Of a DNA stretch of 64,000 bases, positions 23,600 to 35,818 are shown in pieces. This DNA is from Zygnema circumcarinatum SAG 698-1b (taxonomy: Eukaryota; Plantae; Zygnematophyceae). The stretch is from assembly GCA_037447605.1 (NCBI GenBank), contig CM074823.1, positions 868,001 through 932,000 on the forward strand, read 5' to 3'. Made by a program: the position numbers and the translations under genes. The notes beneath the pieces were generated by a model. The model had not been told where the DNA came from. It saw only the letters and a list, made by a program, of their open reading frames with translations, and did not search any database. How positions within the stretch are numbered: the first letter of the stretch is position 1; each line of letters opens with the position of its first letter.

Positions 23600-24929
23600 A
23601 TCGAGTTAAACATGGTTGAGTGAACATTTGCCAACATTTGCTTTTTGTCTCATCTGAGCCATCGAACCCTTGAAGCCTTCACACGTCAAAATTTGTAGTA
23701 CGAGTCGGTCCTGCAAGCCATACGTCGAGAAACAAAACTTTAAAAAAATTGAAAAAAAAAAAGAAAATCAACTAAACCTAACCAAACTATGCCCCCCCCC
23801 TCCCATGTTTGTTGTTTTTTGTTTGTTTTTTTTTTTTTATGTTTAATTATTTTTTGCCCTTTATATTGAAGCAGATATTTTGGGGCTCGATCCCATTTGG
23901 TAGTGATTCAAAAAGCTTGCCACATGGCGAATTCGCAGCGAAGAAAACAATTCAATTCCGCCTTGATCCGGTTCTTGGAGGGCCCAACCTCGATTTGAGT
24001 CAATCTGGGTCAATCTGGGTCAATCTAGGTCAATCTGGGTCAATCTAGGTCAATCTGGGTCAATCTGGGTCATTATTGTTTGAGCTTTGCTTTTTGATTG
24101 GACGAATTGGAGCCCCTTCAGTTATGAAATTTGGGCACATCCAAATGGATGCATTGTCTGTATGGGCCTATGGGCAGGCATACCTGTACAAGTCCCCTCC
24201 CCCCCCCCCCCCCTTCAGATGTTGAAATTTTAACTTTTTTTTTTTTATTTTTTTTTATTTTGTCCACACCAATGGCTCCGTTGGCAGTTTGGAAGTGGAC
24301 AACCATGTCCAAACAAATGTTAAACATTGTGGTTGGCTGATTCTAGTTTCTAATTCTCCGTACCATGGCTTGGACTCAATAGGAGAATTTCTCTCGACGA
24401 CCAATCTTCTGACCATACAGTTCAACATTGTATAAGGGAAAAGGAAGTGATGATCCAATATGTTTACCAATCAGTGCTTGCCACGTGGCCGATAAGTGAC
24501 CGGCGGCCAATGAGGTGCGAGCAACCGGATGCCACGTGGCAGACGTACGCCCCGCGGAATTTGGTTGGATTCTCAACCTCCACGTGGCGGCACGCATTGG
24601 TGAATGGCAAAAGGAGCCCTCATGGAACCCCGTAAACGAGGCGCACGCGACGACGCTAAACTGCTCCATGGAACCGTCCGTGCCCTTCCTCAGAGCGAGC
24701 GAGGTGGTTCCATGGAGCAGGTCGAGGGAGGGGAGAAGGTGCTGCACCGCCTGCCTGCCTGCCTGCCTGCTCGGGCCACTGTTGCTCGGATCATGGATCG
24801 TGTTGTCGGAGTGTTATTTCGACGTTTTTCGAAAGCAATCTTTTCAATCTTGAGGGAGAGGGGGAGGGAGGGGGGAGGGGAGGGGGAGGGGAGGGGAGGG
24901 GGAGGGATCAAGCCCTATTTCTTCCATGC
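23600..24929. mobile_element. G-box/CCAAT-rich dispersed non-coding repeat, copy 1 (probable non-autonomous DNA element)
   Basis: Colinear, diverged homologue of 40860-42240 (shared blocks such as catctgagccatcgaaccctt, gtttggaagtggacaaccatgtccaaa, catggaaccccgtaaacga). Contains 7 tandem CAATCTRGGT decamers at 24001-24070. Runs into the 100-N gap; termini not identified. Confidence 0.6.
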
Positions 24930-25029
24930 NNNNNNNNNNNNNNNNNNNNNNNNNNNNNNNNNNNNNNNNNNNNNNNNNNNNNNNNNNNNNNNNNNNNNNN
25001 NNNNNNNNNNNNNNNNNNNNNNNNNNNNN

Positions 25030-28000
25030 CTGCCGCGACTCGCCGGCGTTTCGCGACGCTTCTTGTTACAAGGTACGCCAAGTAATGCATCACTCGTATC
25101 GGGATAAGCAATCGCCGCCAGCAGATTCAGCTCCACGCACAAGCACTCCTCAAGGCTGGACAAAAGCGTAGCTCAGATGTAGATTCGATCGCATCCACGC
25201 CGGCCGCCTAACTGAAGCGGCAGATTCAGACACCTGCTCTCACCCCACTGCCAAGCGCACGCTGAATCGGTAAGCCTTCACATACGAATATTTGCGACCA
25301 AGTTTCCAATGCTCGCCAGATCACGTATCGCGAGACCGTGACGATGTTTCTTAGCTGCCAGTCGCGTCAACTGTAGGTACATCAAAGCTACCATGGTCAA
25401 TTCGCACGTGAATTCACCCATCTCGCTTCTTCTTCCTCCGCCGACGCGCTGAGCCCTGCTTTCAAATTTCATACGTGCTTTTCAATGCTCAAGATACCAA
25501 GTATTTTTCTCCTTCATCACCGGGCCGTCCACAGTTATTTCTTCCTCCAACTCTCCATATAAAAATGCCGCTCTTTATGTCCGCCAAGCGAACACGCATT
25601 CTTTCACAAGAATGGATATCAAAGATTTGAGGAGCCTAAACTTGACACGGAGCAAACGCTTCGTAGCTGCTCCTATATTTCGCTAAACTCCTTTGCACTG
25701 TGCCTCAAATTTCAGATTCCATCGACGCCCTATCTGACTTCCTTTTTCATACTTGAAAACCCATTTCAGACCTCTATAAATTTTCCTCCCTGCAACTCTA
25801 CTACCGCCACTTTTGCTTTTCTGCCTACCCAACTCACTCTCAATGGCTACTCCCTATTTCTCAAAGATCTCTCTACAGCCTTCTCGTAGGTTTGGGGTTC
25901 ACCGGGATGGTCGCTTATCAAGATTTCAAATACTGCAAATTCAAGAAGCTGGGTCGGCATCCTCCATTCGCTACTTCCATTTACCTCCCACTTCCTGGGC
26001 GAGGCAGGCTGGCCGCTCGGGTTCCTGAAAGGCAGCCTCCTTCCCTCGGGCTGCATGCCACCTTCGTTACCGGGTAATTTTGTCGTTAGTACAAGCAGAT
26101 AACAAGTGGGAGTATGCATTTGTAGTCGTTGACCAAGGTCGTCGAGCGAAATGTCACTTCAACGACCTTCGCCAAGGCCATCGCCAAGCCGCTAACAAAT
26201 AAGCGTCGGGGCGTAGCCACCGCGATTCAATGACGGCGCTACGCTGTGCGCGATCGCCACCGTCCGGAGCCTGCACGCTAAGTATGCATTTGTGTCTCAA
26301 GCACAAGATCTCCGCTGCCCGGGTTCGTCTCGCACCACCAATCGCCACCGCTGCCCCGATTCGTAGGAGATTTCAAATTTGTCGTTTTGCGAGAGTTTGA
26401 CCTCCAAGTCCATTCGGATTTCAACCGGAGGATTTTCTTGGAATCTAACATCTCGACTCCTCTCTACCTGTTTGGTTAAGGGATTCCACACCTGACACGC
26501 TGGACTATCCTCATTATAGCTAATCGTGTACTCCGGTAGTGATCTACTTAACTTCGGGAATTCTCGGTTTACGGCCACAAGACCGCTAAGCCCCTATACT
26601 CAAGTAAGCCACCGCTTCTTTTCCGCCTCCACACCTCCTCCGCACCCCTCGCCCCGAGTGCTCTCGCTCTGGGCACCTATTTATGCGTAGCTCGCCGCCA
26701 TTACCGCCTCACCCCGGCGTTAAGTGGAAGGGGACTCACTCATCATGGTCCTCACTATAAGCCGCGCGTGTGTTCACTCTCTCCTCGCTAGCCCATTACT
26801 TTGAGGCAGTAAGGGCCGAACCGATGCTTCATGCCAAAAGCCTCGCTTATCTTTTGAAATTTCGGGAGACGTGACTTCCCTCCATTGTCCAACGGCGATT
26901 CTTAACTTCGGGCCGGGTTTTCTCCACTTCCACCGCCACCTTTAAAGACATCAAAGGTTTCAAATTTTACTATCAATCACTCCTTACCTGCATCTTCCTA
27001 GAAAGCAAATGCTCAAAAGCGATGAAGTATTTCGCCTCTGGGCCAAGGGAGGATGGGTCCAATATAAGCCCCTGCAGACCACCCTGACGCTCCTGGGCTG
27101 GGCTCGCCCTTCCTAATTCTGGCCGACCCGGGCAGTCAAGGAGCTAAGGCCGAAAGTACCCTCACAAAAGCTCGATTCTTTTCCATCTCAGACGCCACCC
27201 TTCCTCACGCGCGCCATTCACCCGCTTCGCATTTTGTAAATGAGATGGTCTTATCGCATGACGCCACAACCTGGCCGCCGGGATTTTCGCAGCATTGACT
27301 TGGTGTGAGAGGACCTCCTCCCTTTAAGAGGTAAAGGTCGCTTCTGTGTTTCTCTCAAAACAACCTTCCCGTTAGTTTTTTCACCACTGCACTCCTCTCC
27401 ATCAAACCAAGAAACATATCCTTTTGCCAAGCCGCTCACTAAATGGCTGTTAAGACCGTGTGTAACGCTGCCCATGGTAACGTTCTTCCCTTTCTCTCCT
27501 CCACGGGCGGCTTAATCTCACGGATCCTCCTTGAGTAACTTTCACTCTTTTCCCGCTGCCGCGAACGGATCTGCCGCCTAACGCGAATCCCTAAAAGAAG
27601 ACTTTTGGGAACACACGTGTTTAGGAAGCTCCGTAATCAATTATCCAAGGCAGTTCTGCTTCCGGACCTCGCATTGACCTTCAATCCCACCCACGTAACT
27701 CCTTTGCTATGCTGCTTTCCGAAAGCCTATCATCAAAAGTTTGTTCGCTGCTTCATCTTTGACAGTTTTACGTGACTTCAGGGCTCCTTCTTTGCCGTGA
27801 CTTCTAAACACGCTCCAATCGAAAAGTAGGCTTTTCTTCTTGCTCTGATCTTCCACCTGACTCCCTTTCTTCTCGGCCGCCTTTGGTCCGCAAATTGCTG
27901 ACGATGTCCATGCCACACACGTAGCATGTGGGGAGTGACTCATTTCTCCATCTTTCTTCCTTTTGCTCTGCCGAATTTCGCGTACCGGAATGAGAGGACT

Positions 28001-28670
28001 ATCTCATAGCCTTTCCACCCTCTAAAGGAAATATTTCTCGGCTTTCTCTCATTCTCCCTTTGATTTGCACCATGTACATGGGCAAGCTAGCAAGGTGAGT
28101 TCTTAGCGACTCTAAAACTCTGTCAAATTTGCTTGTAAGTCCTAATAAGAAGTGATGAATCTCGCTAGGCAAGGGTATGGGCTGCTTAGCAGCAATGCAT
28201 TACTGCATCAAGCTATCATATTTTACAAAGTACCGAAAGGAGGCAAGCCCTCTTCTCCATTTTTGCATGCTCCTACCTCTGCATACAAATTTATGTGTAA
28301 ACTTACTCTTCTCGCTACTTATAACCGGACAGAAATCGCCCTCCACATATTGCTGTGACATTTTTATATCTAGTAAGATGTGCTGTGACTATTTCCTTTA
28401 CCGATATAGCAATATAGCTCGCCGATGGCTGTTCACTTCATAGGTCGTAAGACTGCTTCCGCCAAGTGCTGGTTGGAGGAGGTGGTTCGCTAACTCCCAT
28501 CGCATATACTTGAACAAAGTTCTTGTCTCCAAAGATGTAAGTCATCCGCCACACCCATCGTTCAGACGGTCCCTTCGGTCGACCTGAACCTGCTCCTCGA
28601 GGTTGCTCCGATAACATCAAGAATTAAGGCCCGTCCGCCTCACTGCCACTTCACTCACCGCCATGTTTGC
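25030..28670 (-). mobile_element. Degenerate Ty1/Copia internal region A (gag-AP-INT-RT)
   Basis: Minus strand: gag zinc-knuckle remnant CYVCG..GH (~27900-27940); protease remnant WIIDYGAS (~27625-27650); GAG-pre-integrase and integrase (QVWNPLTKQVERSRDVRFQE); RT fragments. Many stops and frameshifts. Confidence 0.8.
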
Positions 28671-29289
28671 ATCCAACTGCTGAAAGCTCTCAAGTGTACA
28701 CACTCTAAAGATAATCAAATCAACGCAGCAAAACACCGTGAAGGAAATGTAAGGAGAAAGTACCCGCCTCAAAACTCCTTAATAAAGTAAAGGAAGGGCA
28801 AGCACAAGTCAGCCCCGTGCTTCTACTTCAGCTCGGGACCACCTCACCCCCCTCGCTTCATACCTGCAAATCAGACTTAGCAACACGAGCTAAGCCGCGT
28901 CAGATAGGAATATCTATTACCTAAGCCTAACTCTACTTAAGTACCTGCCGCTGCGACTACTTCCTCCACGTTTAATGCATGCCATGTTCAAGCACCGCGG
29001 CTGCACCAAGACGCCGCTGCTCCACCGCTGCGACTCATGTCAGCTGGGCGACGCCTCCACGCTCCCTGTGCGCCGCCTCGCTGCAGAACTCCTCCTTAGG
29101 TCGCCATGGCCGTGAGGGGAGGTTCGCATGTGAAGCCTTCCTCCGACTTGCCTTCCTTCGAAGCTTCGACAACGCCAGCTGGGCCATTGCCGCCCCCTCC
29201 AGACGACCGGACTAATGCACGGTCGACCCAAAGAAACAATAGTTCTAAGGTGTGTTCGCTGGGCAGCCTCTATCGGGCCGAAGCCAGGT

Positions 29290-32220
29290 CATAATCTATC
29301 CTGTTGCCTCAAAGGTCACGCGTTTATAGCGCCGCCGCCACGCGCGAGATTCAATTTCAAGGCTCCCACTACGAGACTAAGACTGTTTGGCCGGGCCCAC
29401 ATCCGACTCAATCAAGGACCTTCGGATAACCGCTAAGGACCGTGACGGTGTACGCTCGGGCTATACCCTTATTGTACACATCATTCCTCTCGATCCTAAA
29501 TTAAAACCACTCCACAGTAATATCGCTCTCCGCATCTATCTCACCGCTCGGCCCTGGTTAACATATCCGCCGCTTGATCTTTTCGTATTTTACAACCACG
29601 GCCACCGTGCCATCCTTCTACTCGCTTTTCTACATATGATATCAAGAACCAATATGCTTCACCTTTACGAAAACACCGGATTCTCGTACTCAACGGACGG
29701 GAGCGATTGGTTATCGCAGCGATTCGTATCGGGATCTCGGAGGGCGCTTCGCATCTCGCCAAGCAGTTTTGAAGCTGACGCTTTTATTGCGCGTATGCCG
29801 CAATGTACTCCTCGGCCTCGTATCGGGATACGCAATCGCCGCTATGTATTCGGAGCTCCACGCCACAAGACCTCCCGCTGACAAAAGCGAGCCGTGATGT
29901 AGATTTGACGATGTCCACGCCGCCGCCTAATCCGGAAGTCGGTGTATTCGTGACACCTCGCGGTGTCTCAACTCCACCGCCGGTTAATGCCGAACCGAAG
30001 TTCTTCACATAGCGTAAATATTTCCGCTAACCGCTTCCCAATGTTCGCCAGATTCTCAGATGTATCGCGAGACCGCATCGACAAATTTAGCCAAGTCGTC
30101 GTGGTTCCAACCTCAGGTACATCAGCACCGGCGGCTTCAATTCTATCGAATTCTCGTCATTTCTTCTTCCTCCGGCCGATGCGTGGAGTTCGTTACCATA
30201 CGTGCTTTCACAAGCCTCAGCATACCAAGTGTTTCTCCCTCCTCACCGCCCTTCCGCCGGTCCATGAAGATTTCTTCCTCCAACTCTCCATATAAAATGT
30301 CGTGCTCTTTATGTCCAAATGGTGAACATGCATCCCTTTCAAATACAAGAATGCGGATATCAAAGATTTGAGGGAGCTAAACTTGACTACCGGAGCAAAC
30401 GTTTCTGTGTAGTCAAGCCCATATTTCTGGCTAAACCCTTTTGCGACCAGCCTAGCCTTGTATCTATCGACGCTCCCATCTGACTTCCTTTTCACTTTGA
30501 AAACCCATTTGCACCCTATAGCCTTCTCCCTGCAACTCTCACCGGCCAAGTCTTACTCCCTTCTTCAAGCTACCCAACTCACTCCTCAATGGCTACTCCC
30601 CATTTCAAGACTGCCTCTACGCCTTCTCGTAGAGGGTTTGGGGTTCACCGATGGTCGCTTATCAAGATCATACCGACGCCGCAAATTCGCCAGAAGGGCG
30701 TGGCATCCTCCATTCGCTGTTCCATTTACCTCCACCGGAAGCGAGTGGTAGCTGCCGTCCCTGAGGCGCAGTTCTTCCTCGGCCGTACGGGCACCGGGTT
30801 ACCGCGACTTTTGTCGTTACTAGTACAGATAACAAGGGAGAAGGTACTTAGAGGGCTGTTTGGACTGGGTCGGCCGTAGTGACTGAAATGTCACCAACGC
30901 ACGCTTTCGTTGCTTACCGCCGTCGCGGAAATACCGTAGTGCTGCGAGTCAATCTCGCGATTCCGGAATGACAAGCGCGCCAAGCGCGCATCGCCACCGC
31001 CCCATTCGCACGCGCGCAGACAGGTTCTCGCGCCATCTCCTCGCCGTTTCCTGCCAAGCAGTCTGCACCACCGGACCGCCACCGCCTCATTCAGAGGAGA
31101 TTTAAATTTGTCGCTTTATGAGTTTGACCTCCAAGTCCATTCGATTTCAACCGAGGATTTTCTTGAATCTAACATTCACTCCTCTCTACCGCTTGTTAAG
31201 GGATTCCACACACCATACGCTGGGACTATCCTCATTATATTAATCAGTACCCGAGCCGATCTACTCTCTAACTCGAATTTCTCCTCGGCTTTCAAAGACG
31301 GTCATGAAGCACCGTCTTCATACCAAGTAAGCCACCGGCGTTTCCGCCCACACCTCCTCTCGGCACTCGTCTCCGGAGTGCTCGCCGGGCACCTATTTCA
31401 GCAAAATGCCGGGCCATCGCCACCCCTGCAGGTTAAGGGAAGTGGGGGACTCACTCATCATGGTCCTCACCATGTCCCCAAGCGCTAAGCCCACTCTCCG
31501 CCAGCCTCCATTACTTGGAGGTGAGTAAGGCCGAAAACTGAGCAAGCTTGCGCCAAAAGCCTCGGCTTATCTTTGAAATTCTTGGTATACCTCTCCATTG
31601 TCCGGAACGGCGCGACTTAACCTTCAGCCCTCGTTTCTTTCCACTTTACCCGCCACCTTTAAAGACATCGTTTCACTTTTACTATCAATCACCCTTTTTA
31701 CCCGTATCTTCCTGGGAAGAAGCTGCTCAGAAAAGTGATGAAGTATTTCGCCTCTCCCTCGGGCCGGTGGGAGCTGATGGGTCCACATAAGTCCGCGGGA
31801 CCAACTCTCGAGCCGCTCTCGGCTGTCCACCCGTGGCTAACGGCACGTGGGTTTCTGCCAGCGAGGCGGGCCCTCACAAAAGCCAGCCTCTCGATTCCTT
31901 CCATCCGCACGCCACCTTCCTCACAAGGCGTTTGTCCACCGCTTTCTTCGTGACTTTGGTAGCCGAGATGGCCCATTCGGCGATGCCACAACTTTGCCGC
32001 CGGATTTTCAGAGAGAGCATTGACTTGGTGTGAGAGGACCCCTCCTCCCTTTAAGAGGTAAAGGCCGTTCTTTTCTGTGCCTCTCAAAACAACCTTCTCG
32101 GTTAGTTTTTTCACCACCTTGCACTCCTCTCCATCAAACCAAGAAACATATCCTCTTTTGCCAAGCTGGCTCACGGAAATGAAGTTGCTTTGAAGACCAG
32201 GGGTAAGTAGAACGTTGCCC
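29290..32220 (-). mobile_element. Degenerate Ty1/Copia unit B (INT-RT-partial RNaseH-PPT-LTR)
   Basis: LWHRRMGHLG, DLCGPI, AIGCKWVFKVKRKSDGSVDRYKARLVAKGFSQKYGLDYTETFAPVVK, then an internal deletion to DQAADMLT, a purine tract, and an LTR starting TGATGTGTAC at 29483 (minus). Lower LTR boundary unresolved. Confidence 0.8.
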
Positions 32221-32230
32221 NNNNNNNNNN

Positions 32231-32552
32231 CTAAATATCTCCAGTGTCGACGCGGCCTATAGCCGCTCGCCACGTGGCCAGAGACTAATTCTGCGCGTTC
32301 CCACTACGAGACTAAGACTGTCGGTCAGTCCACATCCGGACCGAATCTCCTAAGGACCTTTGACAACTGCTAAGGACCGTACGGTGTACAGTTCGGGGCT
32401 ATACCCCTATTGTACACATCATTCCCCCTCTCGATCCTAGCCACGAAAAGGTCCGACTCCAATAAGAATATTGTTCCTCCAGACGATCTCACCGTTCGTC
32501 CCCTTGGTTAACATATCTGCCGCTTGATCTTTCGTACCGACAAACTACCGCA
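32231..32552 (-). mobile_element. Copia 3' end C (RNaseH tail, PPT, LTR start)
   Basis: Minus strand DQAADMLTKG, PPT GAGAGGGGGAA (32422-32432), LTR starting TGATGTGTAC at 32421; homologous to 29290-29590. Confidence 0.75.
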
Positions 32553-33824
32553 TTGATTTCGATCGCGGCGGACGAAGGGATGCACGTCCACCAGCTGGAC
32601 ATCAAAACGGCATTTCTTTATGGAGATCTCGAGGAGGAGATCTACATGCAGCAACTGGAGGGAACGGTTGAACCAGGAGCAGAGCACCTCGTCTGCAGAC
32701 TTGTCAAGAGCCTATACGGGCTGAAACAAGCGCCGAGAATTTGGTACCAGAAAATCCACGAACTGCTCATCAAGAATGGCTTCACGCGCTTCAACGCCGA
32801 CCACTCGGTGTACACGCAAGGGGAGGGAGACGCACAGATGTTCGTAGGTATCTACGTAGATGACCTCATCATTGTGAGTTCCTCCATGAAGAGCATTCAG
32901 GGTCTCAAGGACCTTCTAAAGCAGAATTTTCAGATGTCAGATCTCGGCCCTGCGGAATACCTTCTCGGCATCCAGCTTAAGAGGGGGAGAGACGGAAGCT
33001 TGTTCCTCTGCCAGGAGAAGTACGCCAAGGAAGTCTTGGCGAAGTTCAACATGGACAAATGTTCACCATGCTCCACTCCCATGGACGGCAGCGCGGAGCT
33101 CAGCCGGGACATGAGCCCTCAGACGGAGGCGGAGGCGCGGGAGATGGCGAGTACTCCGTACAGGTCTGCCATCGGCAGCCTAATGTACCTTATGGTGGGA
33201 ACGCGCCCGGATCTGGCGAAAGCAGTCAGTACGGCTTCCAGGTACATGGAGAATCCAGGGGCTAAGCATTGGGAGGCAGTCAAGAGAATCTTTCGATATC
33301 TAAAAGGGACGTCCCATTATGGACTACGGTTCGAGAGGGGGCGCGGCAGTTCCGTGTTCGGATACACGGATGCAGATTGGGGAGGAGACCCAGATACGGC
33401 GAAGTCCACTTCAGGATACGCGTATCTGAACGCGGGAGGAGTCATCTCGTGGAGTTCAAAATTACAGGATACGGTGGCTCTGTCGAGTACCGAAGCAGAA
33501 TACGTGGCCGCATGTCACGCTGCCAGAGAGGCGGTCTGGCTGGCACTATTCTTCGAGGAATGTGGAAGACCACAGATTCCCTTGCATATCCTGACGGACA
33601 ACAAATCCTCCATCGCGCTGATCGAGAATCCCGTATTTCATAGGCGAAGCAAACATATTAAGATCCAGCACCACTACACGCGAGATCTAGTGGAGGCGGG
33701 CGAGATCGCGGTGTCTTTTGTGAAGACCAAAGATATGGCCGCAGATATGTTGACCAAGGGGGTCAACGGACCAATCATGTGGAGGAACATCGTCCTCCTG
33801 AATCTCGGTCCCTTTAGAGCCTAG
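32553..33824 (+). mobile_element. Ty1/Copia RT-RNaseH ORF D (uninterrupted, 5'-truncated), followed by PPT and LTR start
   Basis: 423-aa ORF with HQLDIKTAFL, LVKSLYGLKQAPR, YVDDL, GYTDADWGGD, STEAEY, DNKS, ADMLTK. PPT AGAGGGGGAA at 33831-33840, then TGTTG at 33841. Confidence 0.92.
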
Positions 33825-35818
33825 ACCCCAAGAGGGGGAATGTTGTACGGGACTAGAGGCCGTACAACGTTTGGCGTATAGTCTCTAGCGAATAATGAAC
33901 TAGACGTACAACATCAAGCTTTAATAAGGCTGGTCGCTACAATGTATGTGACGCTGCTCCGTACCGGCTACTTAAACAGTATCGGGCACGCAGCTGCCGC
34001 CAATTCCATATATCGGGGACGCTGGCGGGGCTGCTGGCGCCGCTGAAGTCGCTATAGTCCTTTACTATGGGCGGGCGCTAACGCCGAAAGGGCGCTGGAG
34101 TCAGCTGCTCGAAACTGCACGTGACGCCGGGCTAACCTCGCTACCTTCGCCGGGGCGAATAGCGACTTCAGCCGACGTACGCTGGCGAGACGACGGTACC
34201 GAAAAGCTGTGCAGTGAAGGGGACCATCACGGGCGTAAGCGCCACGGGTCCCCTATTGCCGGATGCATGGCCCTTGCACGCCGGCAGAGGTGACCGGGTC
34301 ACCTGCTGCCGCGACTACTTAAAGCTGCTCAGCTGCATTGATAGATTAACCTCATACCACATGCCAATGGGGGTGTGTAGCGAGCTGAGGCCGAGCCTGT
34401 AGTTAAGAAGAGGAGTAGTGCTGCCAAGTCTTGGGAAAAGAGAGTGGGGTAGTGCAAGCTGCATTAAGCGGCCAGGGGCTGCTTGAATCTGTTGTACTTC
34501 ACCTCCAAAGAAAATCAGAGTTTTATGCCCGGTGGGGCTTTCTCTATCTTGACGTCTCTTGTCTTGCATCCGCCTTGAGCTTCCCTTTCACAACTCGCTC
34601 TGCTGAAGATAAATTACCTAATCTCAAGAGCCCAGAGTGGGAGGCTTACCGTTTTATGGGTAATCTACCCTACGGAATACCAACAAGTGGTATCGAGTCG
34701 ATGGAGACATTGGCATACTATTCCTATCTTCAAAGAGACTGACTACAAGGTAGCGGTGGCACATGATGACCCTTTGCAGACCAGAACCTGGTCAAATGCG
34801 TGAGCAGGACTGTAAAGCCGCCATTTGTGGACCCGTATTACATGTTGCCGGCGAGGCTATCCAGCGTGGGCCCGATGAAGGGCGGCTCAAGTAAAGAGGC
34901 TGCTCAAAATAGCCTCAAAGCGTCGGAGGGAACCCGCCCGGGTAGCAGCGGGCTTGCGTCCTTCCACGAAATGTGGCGGCTTCGCCAACATCTCACGGCG
35001 TCCTCGATATCACCATCAGATTCAGGCTCTCGAACGGTGAGGCGGGACAGGGTGGGTACTGATGGCAGGAGGCGGGTGAGGCGGGGCTGGGCTGGGAGTC
35101 GGGATCCCATGAGATTTGCATGGGAAGCTTATCAGGTTTTGACATAAACCGCGTACATGGTAAAAAAATATCTTTGGCACCGAGAACAAACGAAGTAAAT
35201 TCAAAAGGGCAGACCGAACTGAGACACCAGAACATTGGGCGTCCGACTTTGCCGCTTTTGCTTTCAGATACTTGGCGAATATGGAGAACAGCATGCGGCG
35301 CTGACCGAGAATATCTGCCGACAGCGGGCACGGCGGGCTGCCGCTGGCTGACGGCAAACTTTGTCAAATTTGATTAATAAGCCAGCTAATGATATCTGCG
35401 TAACCGCAAACCTTCGAGTGCTTCACCACATGTGCGGCGACAGAATACTCTCTATTTTCTCACATGCAGATGCTGGATGAGTCCGCAGCGGTGGCGTCGG
35501 CCCGCGGGAAGACAGTCGGCTGACACAAGGAGGGTGTCCGAGTTGTCACCATGCGGTGAAGGCGGCTTCGTCGGGATTGGTAGCGTGTTGCACCCCCAAC
35601 CCTTAAAATAGCTTCTTTTAGGTTAGTCAGATCTGCGGGGCGGATATGAGGAGATATTTAGGCGAATGCACGCAAAATAGTGCATAGAAAAACGAGAAAA
35701 AATCCTGTGTCGAGGGACCCAGCGGGGAGGGCTCTACTACCTAGACTGGAAACCGGTAAAACGGGAATTAGTCGCATCCGCGCGAGCTGAAGGCAGCAAG
35801 CGCGTTAGGGGAGTCTCG

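Noticed and set aside
24001-24070. Regular CAATCTRGGT repeats resembling a CRISPR-like array
   Set aside because: Head-to-tail 10-mers with no spacers in a eukaryotic repeat; a simple minisatellite.
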